Below are positions 60,476-64,000 of a stretch of 64,000 nt of DNA, in pieces. Source of the DNA: Thalassobaculaceae bacterium (GTDB lineage: Bacteria > Pseudomonadota > Alphaproteobacteria > Thalassobaculales > Thalassobaculaceae); contig OZ245843.1 in assembly GCA_965228875.1 (NCBI GenBank), positions 4,384,616-4,448,615 on the forward strand, read 5' to 3'. The translations under genes and the position numbers were made by a program. Under the pieces are notes generated by a model. That model was not told the origin of the DNA. It worked only from the letters and a program-made list of their open reading frames with translations, and did not search any database. Every line of letters begins with the position of its first letter. The stretch's first letter is position 1.

Positions 60476-61885
60476 ATGACCGAACGACGTAGCCTTCTGG
60501 ACGTGTTCACCCCGGTGATGCTGGACGTCCTCGATGTCGAGGATGGCCTCGCCCGGGGCGATGGCAGCGTGCCCTCGGCGGAGCAGAAGACGGAGGAATG
60601 GCTGGCGACGATCGACGAGGCGGTCGCCACGGCCGAACGCCTCGGCCACAGCAGCCAGAACGCAGAGATCGCCAAGCGTGCCGTGATCGCCTGGATCGAC
60701 GACATCATGGGGCTCCGGCGGGACTGGTACGGCCGGGTCACCAACCTTCAGTCCCGCGTGTACAACGGCGCCTCGGTGCTCGGCCGAAAGTTCTACGAGG
60801 ACCTGGAGGCCCTCAGCAAGGACAGTCAGAGAGACGTCTTCGACGTGTTCTTCGTCTGCCTCGCCCTCGGCTTCAAGGGAGAGAAGCTCCTGTACGCCGG
60901 ATCCGACGTGGACCGCGAGGCGGCCCGCCTCAAGCAGGATGTCAGTTTCCACCTGTCGACGGACCGCATCGATCTCGACAGGCTGCCCGGCCAGAAGATC
61001 TTCGCCCAGCCCTATCAGCAGGACGACCCGCCGCCGCCGCCGCCGGGCCCGCCTCTGCCGCGATCCTATGGCAAGATCCTTGCTGCGCTGGCGGCGGTTC
61101 TGTTGCTGGCGGCGATCGGCGCCGGGTACTGGCTGACCCGGAGCGAGACCGACTGGCGGGCGCATATCCAGGCGGCGGCCGAGGAGGCGGTTGGGCGCTA
61201 CGAATGCGCCAGCGTCTCGGTCCGGACGGCGCCGGACCTGTCGCTGTCCTACAAGGGTTTCGTCGGGTCGGAGGACGATCGCGGCGCGCTCGAGGCGGAC
61301 CTGCTGGGCATCGAGCGGGTGGAGCGGGTCACCGGCACGCTTGAGGTCATGCCTTGGCCGCTTTGCGCCGTGCTTGTGATCCTGGAGGATACGGTGCTCA
61401 ACGACGGTTCCCGGTCGGAGACTCCGACGGTTGCGGTCAACCATCGTGACGGGAGGTATCGTCACCGCGACCTCCTGGTCACTGACGTGACGGTGCCGGC
61501 GGCGGAGCCCGGTCACCTTCTGGTCAGCTATGTCGGGCAGGCGGACACCGTCACCCATCTGTTCCCGAACGAAGACGTCGTTTCCAGCCGGGCCGATCCG
61601 AAGATGCGATTGCGCCTCGGATACGCGGAAGGCGCGGCCTCCGATGCCGGCGGGTACGATGTGCAGACCAACCTCATGTATCCGCTGTCGGCGGACCCCG
61701 AAGGGCCCAGTCTGGTGTTCGCTGTCTGGAGCGCGGAACCGATCCTCGACGGCTTCGCGCCGGTGTCGCAGCAGCGGACCGACGAGTTCCTTGCGGCGCT
61801 CCGCGCGGCTGTGGATGCGTCCAATGCGTCGGACGACGCCGCCAGGCTCTATGCCCGCACGGTGACGATCACCGTGGCCCGGTAG
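60476..61885 (+). CDS. tssL: TssL/DotU fused to a periplasmic Cys-pair + DUF4384-like module
   Basis: AVIAWIDD, LQ..YN....G.KFYE.L, VFFVCLALGFKG; poly-Pro, TM, then a non-OmpA periplasmic region. Confidence 0.85.
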   Translation: MTERRSLLDVFTPVMLDVLDVEDGLARGDGSVPSAEQKTEEWLATIDEAVATAERLGHSSQNAEIAKRAVIAWIDDIMGLRRDWYGRVTNLQSRVYNGASVLGRKFYEDLEALSKDSQRDVFDVFFVCLALGFKGEKLLYAGSDVDREAARLKQDVSFHLSTDRIDLDRLPGQKIFAQPYQQDDPPPPPPGPPLPRSYGKILAALAAVLLLAAIGAGYWLTRSETDWRAHIQAAAEEAVGRYECASVSVRTAPDLSLSYKGFVGSEDDRGALEADLLGIERVERVTGTLEVMPWPLCAVLVILEDTVLNDGSRSETPTVAVNHRDGRYRHRDLLVTDVTVPAAEPGHLLVSYVGQADTVTHLFPNEDVVSSRADPKMRLRLGYAEGAASDAGGYDVQTNLMYPLSADPEGPSLVFAVWSAEPILDGFAPVSQQRTDEFLAALRAAVDASNASDDAARLYARTVTITVAR

Positions 61886-61928
61886 ACGGCGCGGGTACGG
61901 GGCTAGGCAGGGGGAGGAGAAGCACGGG

Positions 61929-63128
61929 ATGGATGCTGGCGTGTTTTCGGCCGACGCGGTGCTTCATGCCGCGCTGTATGGCACGTTCATCGTCATGATC
62001 GTTGCGATCGCCGCCAACGACTGCGCCGGCGCGGTCGCGCTGGTCTGCGTCGACGGCACGGTCGACATGCGCGCAGCGCAGGTCCTGATCGCGGTGTTCC
62101 TGGTTGTGGGCGCCGTGTTCGTCGCGCCACCCGTCCTCGATCGCCTGATTCTGCCGCTGATCGCCCTGGAGGACTTCCGCGCCGCACCCTTTGCCGGACC
62201 GACGGTCCTGTTCAGCGCCGTCGTGCCGCTGGCGCTGGCGACGGTGTTCGGCGTCCCGGTCTCCGCATCGGCTCTGGTGGTCCTGGCCGTCCTCGGGGTC
62301 ATCGTCGAGCGCGGAGGAGGCGTCGATGCCGCCGCGGCTGGCCGGCTGGCGTTCGCACTGCTGCTGCTGCCCGCCATAGCCTGCGGGGTCGGTCGAGGGT
62401 TGGCGTGGGCGTTTCGGGACCGAGCCGTTTCGGGCTCCCGGCCGCGCGATGCGCTGACCTGGGCTCTCCCGGGACTGGCGGCGTTGCTCGCCGCAGCGAC
62501 CGTCGTCGTCGTCGCGCTGCTGACGGATCTGCACGGGCCCGTCGCGCAGGTCTCGGCGATCGTCGCGGGCATCGCTGTCATCGCGGCCTTCGCGGTCGGC
62601 GGCGTGTATCTGCTGCGCATTCGCCGGTCGCCGTTCTGGGTGTCCAACGACCGTCAAGGGTTCGAGGCGGCGCATGGATCGCTGTCGCTGGCGTGCGGCG
62701 CCCTCGGCGGCCTGTTGCTCAGCGGTGTCAATGTCGGCATGGCGATTGCGCTTTTGTCGGTCCTGCTGAACGGGGGAGGCGCCGGCGTGAGCTTCGCCAG
62801 CCCGCCGCTCTGGCTCGGCCTCGGGCTGGCGTTCCTGACCGTTCTGCTGGCCGGCCATCATCTGGCGGGACGACTGGAGCGTGCCGGACTGACGCCGGAG
62901 CCGTCGCAGGCCGCGATCGGGACCATAGGCGCGTTCGTCGGCGCCGCGCTGGCGGCCGTCGTGCACGCCCCACTGCCCCCCAGCCTGACACTGGCATCCG
63001 GACAGTGCGGAGCGGCGGGTGACCTCCGCACAACGGCGCGGTGGCTCGGCATCGGACTCCTGGTCGGCCTGCTGTCCTTCGCCCTTTCCTTTGCCGTGGA
63101 TCTGGCGCTCCGCCTTCTGGCGGAGTGA
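61929..63128 (+). CDS. Polytopic membrane protein, degenerate PiT/PHO4 phosphate-transporter-like
   Basis: AANDCAGAVA resembles GANDxANA; GVPVSASALVV resembles G(L)PVSTTH; about 10-12 TM helices. Confidence 0.55.
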   Translation: MDAGVFSADAVLHAALYGTFIVMIVAIAANDCAGAVALVCVDGTVDMRAAQVLIAVFLVVGAVFVAPPVLDRLILPLIALEDFRAAPFAGPTVLFSAVVPLALATVFGVPVSASALVVLAVLGVIVERGGGVDAAAAGRLAFALLLLPAIACGVGRGLAWAFRDRAVSGSRPRDALTWALPGLAALLAAATVVVVALLTDLHGPVAQVSAIVAGIAVIAAFAVGGVYLLRIRRSPFWVSNDRQGFEAAHGSLSLACGALGGLLLSGVNVGMAIALLSVLLNGGGAGVSFASPPLWLGLGLAFLTVLLAGHHLAGRLERAGLTPEPSQAAIGTIGAFVGAALAAVVHAPLPPSLTLASGQCGAAGDLRTTARWLGIGLLVGLLSFALSFAVDLALRLLAE

Positions 63129-63149
63129 CGCCGAAGGGAGCTCGTTGCC

Positions 63150-63854
63150 ATGCTGTCCGCCGCGCTCAGTCAAGTCCATCCGACCGTCGGTTTCGCCGTC
63201 CTGTTGTGTCTGGCCGCCGTGGCCGTGTGCGTGACCGCCATGCCGGTGCTCCGTGGGGCGGCGGCGGGCGTCGATCCCATGACGCTACGACGCGCGGCGC
63301 GCGCCGCGCGGGCGCCGCACCGGCCGCTGCTGTCTCTGTTCAACACGGGCCGGCGCCGGATCGTCGCCCTGGCCGGCATCGGGACGCTTGTTGCCGTGTT
63401 CGGGTTCGGCAGCCTCGGTCTGGTGGCGTTCGACAGCAGGATACGGGGTCAGAATTCGGCGATCGCCGAGCGTCACCGCCTGGAGGGCGAGATCGAGGCG
63501 GCGCGGGCGCAGACGAAGGAGGCGGAACGTCGTGCCAGCGAGGCGCTGGCGGCAAGGGACGAGGCGCATCGCGAGGAGATGCTGGACCAGGAGGCGCGCT
63601 ACCAGAAGCGGATCGAGGAGCTCAAGGCGGAACACCAGGCGGAGGTGAACAGCCTGACCCTGAAGTTCCAGGAGGACCTGGCGCGCCAGGGGGAGACCGA
63701 CGAGTTGAAGAACTCGGTCAGCAGCATGCAGATGCAGCTTCTGGAGCAGACCAACAGGACGCTGACCATCGAACTCGACCGGGCGAAGGAGATCATCCTG
63801 GATCAGGCGGCCCGGATCCGGGCGCTCGAGGAGAAGCTGGCGGAAGGCAACTGA
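63150..63854 (+). CDS. Hypothetical membrane-anchored coiled-coil protein
   Basis: Two hydrophobic segments followed by an E/K/Q-rich heptad region. Confidence 0.7.
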   Translation: MLSAALSQVHPTVGFAVLLCLAAVAVCVTAMPVLRGAAAGVDPMTLRRAARAARAPHRPLLSLFNTGRRRIVALAGIGTLVAVFGFGSLGLVAFDSRIRGQNSAIAERHRLEGEIEAARAQTKEAERRASEALAARDEAHREEMLDQEARYQKRIEELKAEHQAEVNSLTLKFQEDLARQGETDELKNSVSSMQMQLLEQTNRTLTIELDRAKEIILDQAARIRALEEKLAEGN

Positions 63855-63894
63855 CGGACCCGTTCATGGCAGGAACACGGCGGATGGAACGCCC

Positions 63895-64000
63895 ATGATC
63901 ATCGCCAACAGTCAGGTGACGGCCATGCGGTCGGTCGGGTGGACGGCGTGGCGGCAGCGGCATGCCGACGCCCTCGAGTCCCTGCTGCCCGAAATCGCGG
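63895..64000 (+). CDS. Hypothetical protein, partial (runs off the window)
   Basis: ATG at 63895, MIIANSQVTAMRSVGWTAWRQRHADALESLLPEIA, open to the end. Confidence 0.45.
   Translation, partial: MIIANSQVTAMRSVGWTAWRQRHADALESLLPEIA

Noticed and set aside
51615..61885. Reading the single-chain sheath locus as an eCIS, tailocin or prophage tail
   Set aside because: Sheath, Hcp, VgrG and TssE/F/G motifs are T6SS-type, and TssK, TssL and a TssM domain are present; no phage head, lysis or tape-measure genes are seen.

Overview
High-GC alphaproteobacterial chromosome window. Gene content and order suggest a Rhodospirillales-like organism (inference). Bases 1-34.4 kb are mostly core genes: small metabolic genes including a PrpD-MaoC-acyl-CoA dehydrogenase block, the F1 ATP synthase operon atpHAGDC, ydbH-ynbE-ydbL, and the run rplU-rpmA-obgE-proB-proA-nadD-rsfS-rlmH-(lysE)-gpmI-envC-ctpA-yibQ-rppH. 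After tRNA-Ser(CGA) at 34589-34678 comes an accessory-looking region. It holds napEFDABC with a divergent Crp/Fnr regulator and an FNR-type box, then an ExbB/ExbD/ExbD motor whose TonB-position partner ends in a DUF4384-like domain. Next are an OmpA-family protein, vgrG plus a DUF4123 adaptor, an exported beta-propeller/caspase(C14) protease and a lipoprotein hydrolase. A non-canonical type VI secretion locus follows and runs off the right edge. In it TssB and TssC are one fused ORF, TssM is reduced to a soluble N-terminal domain with a degenerate P-loop, and TssL carries a periplasmic Cys-pair + DUF4384-like module that resembles the one on the TonB-like protein. The best novel-system candidate is this atypical T6SS, possibly linked to a proton-motive-force motor and a caspase-like protease. 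All family calls come from motif recognition by eye; no database searches were run.
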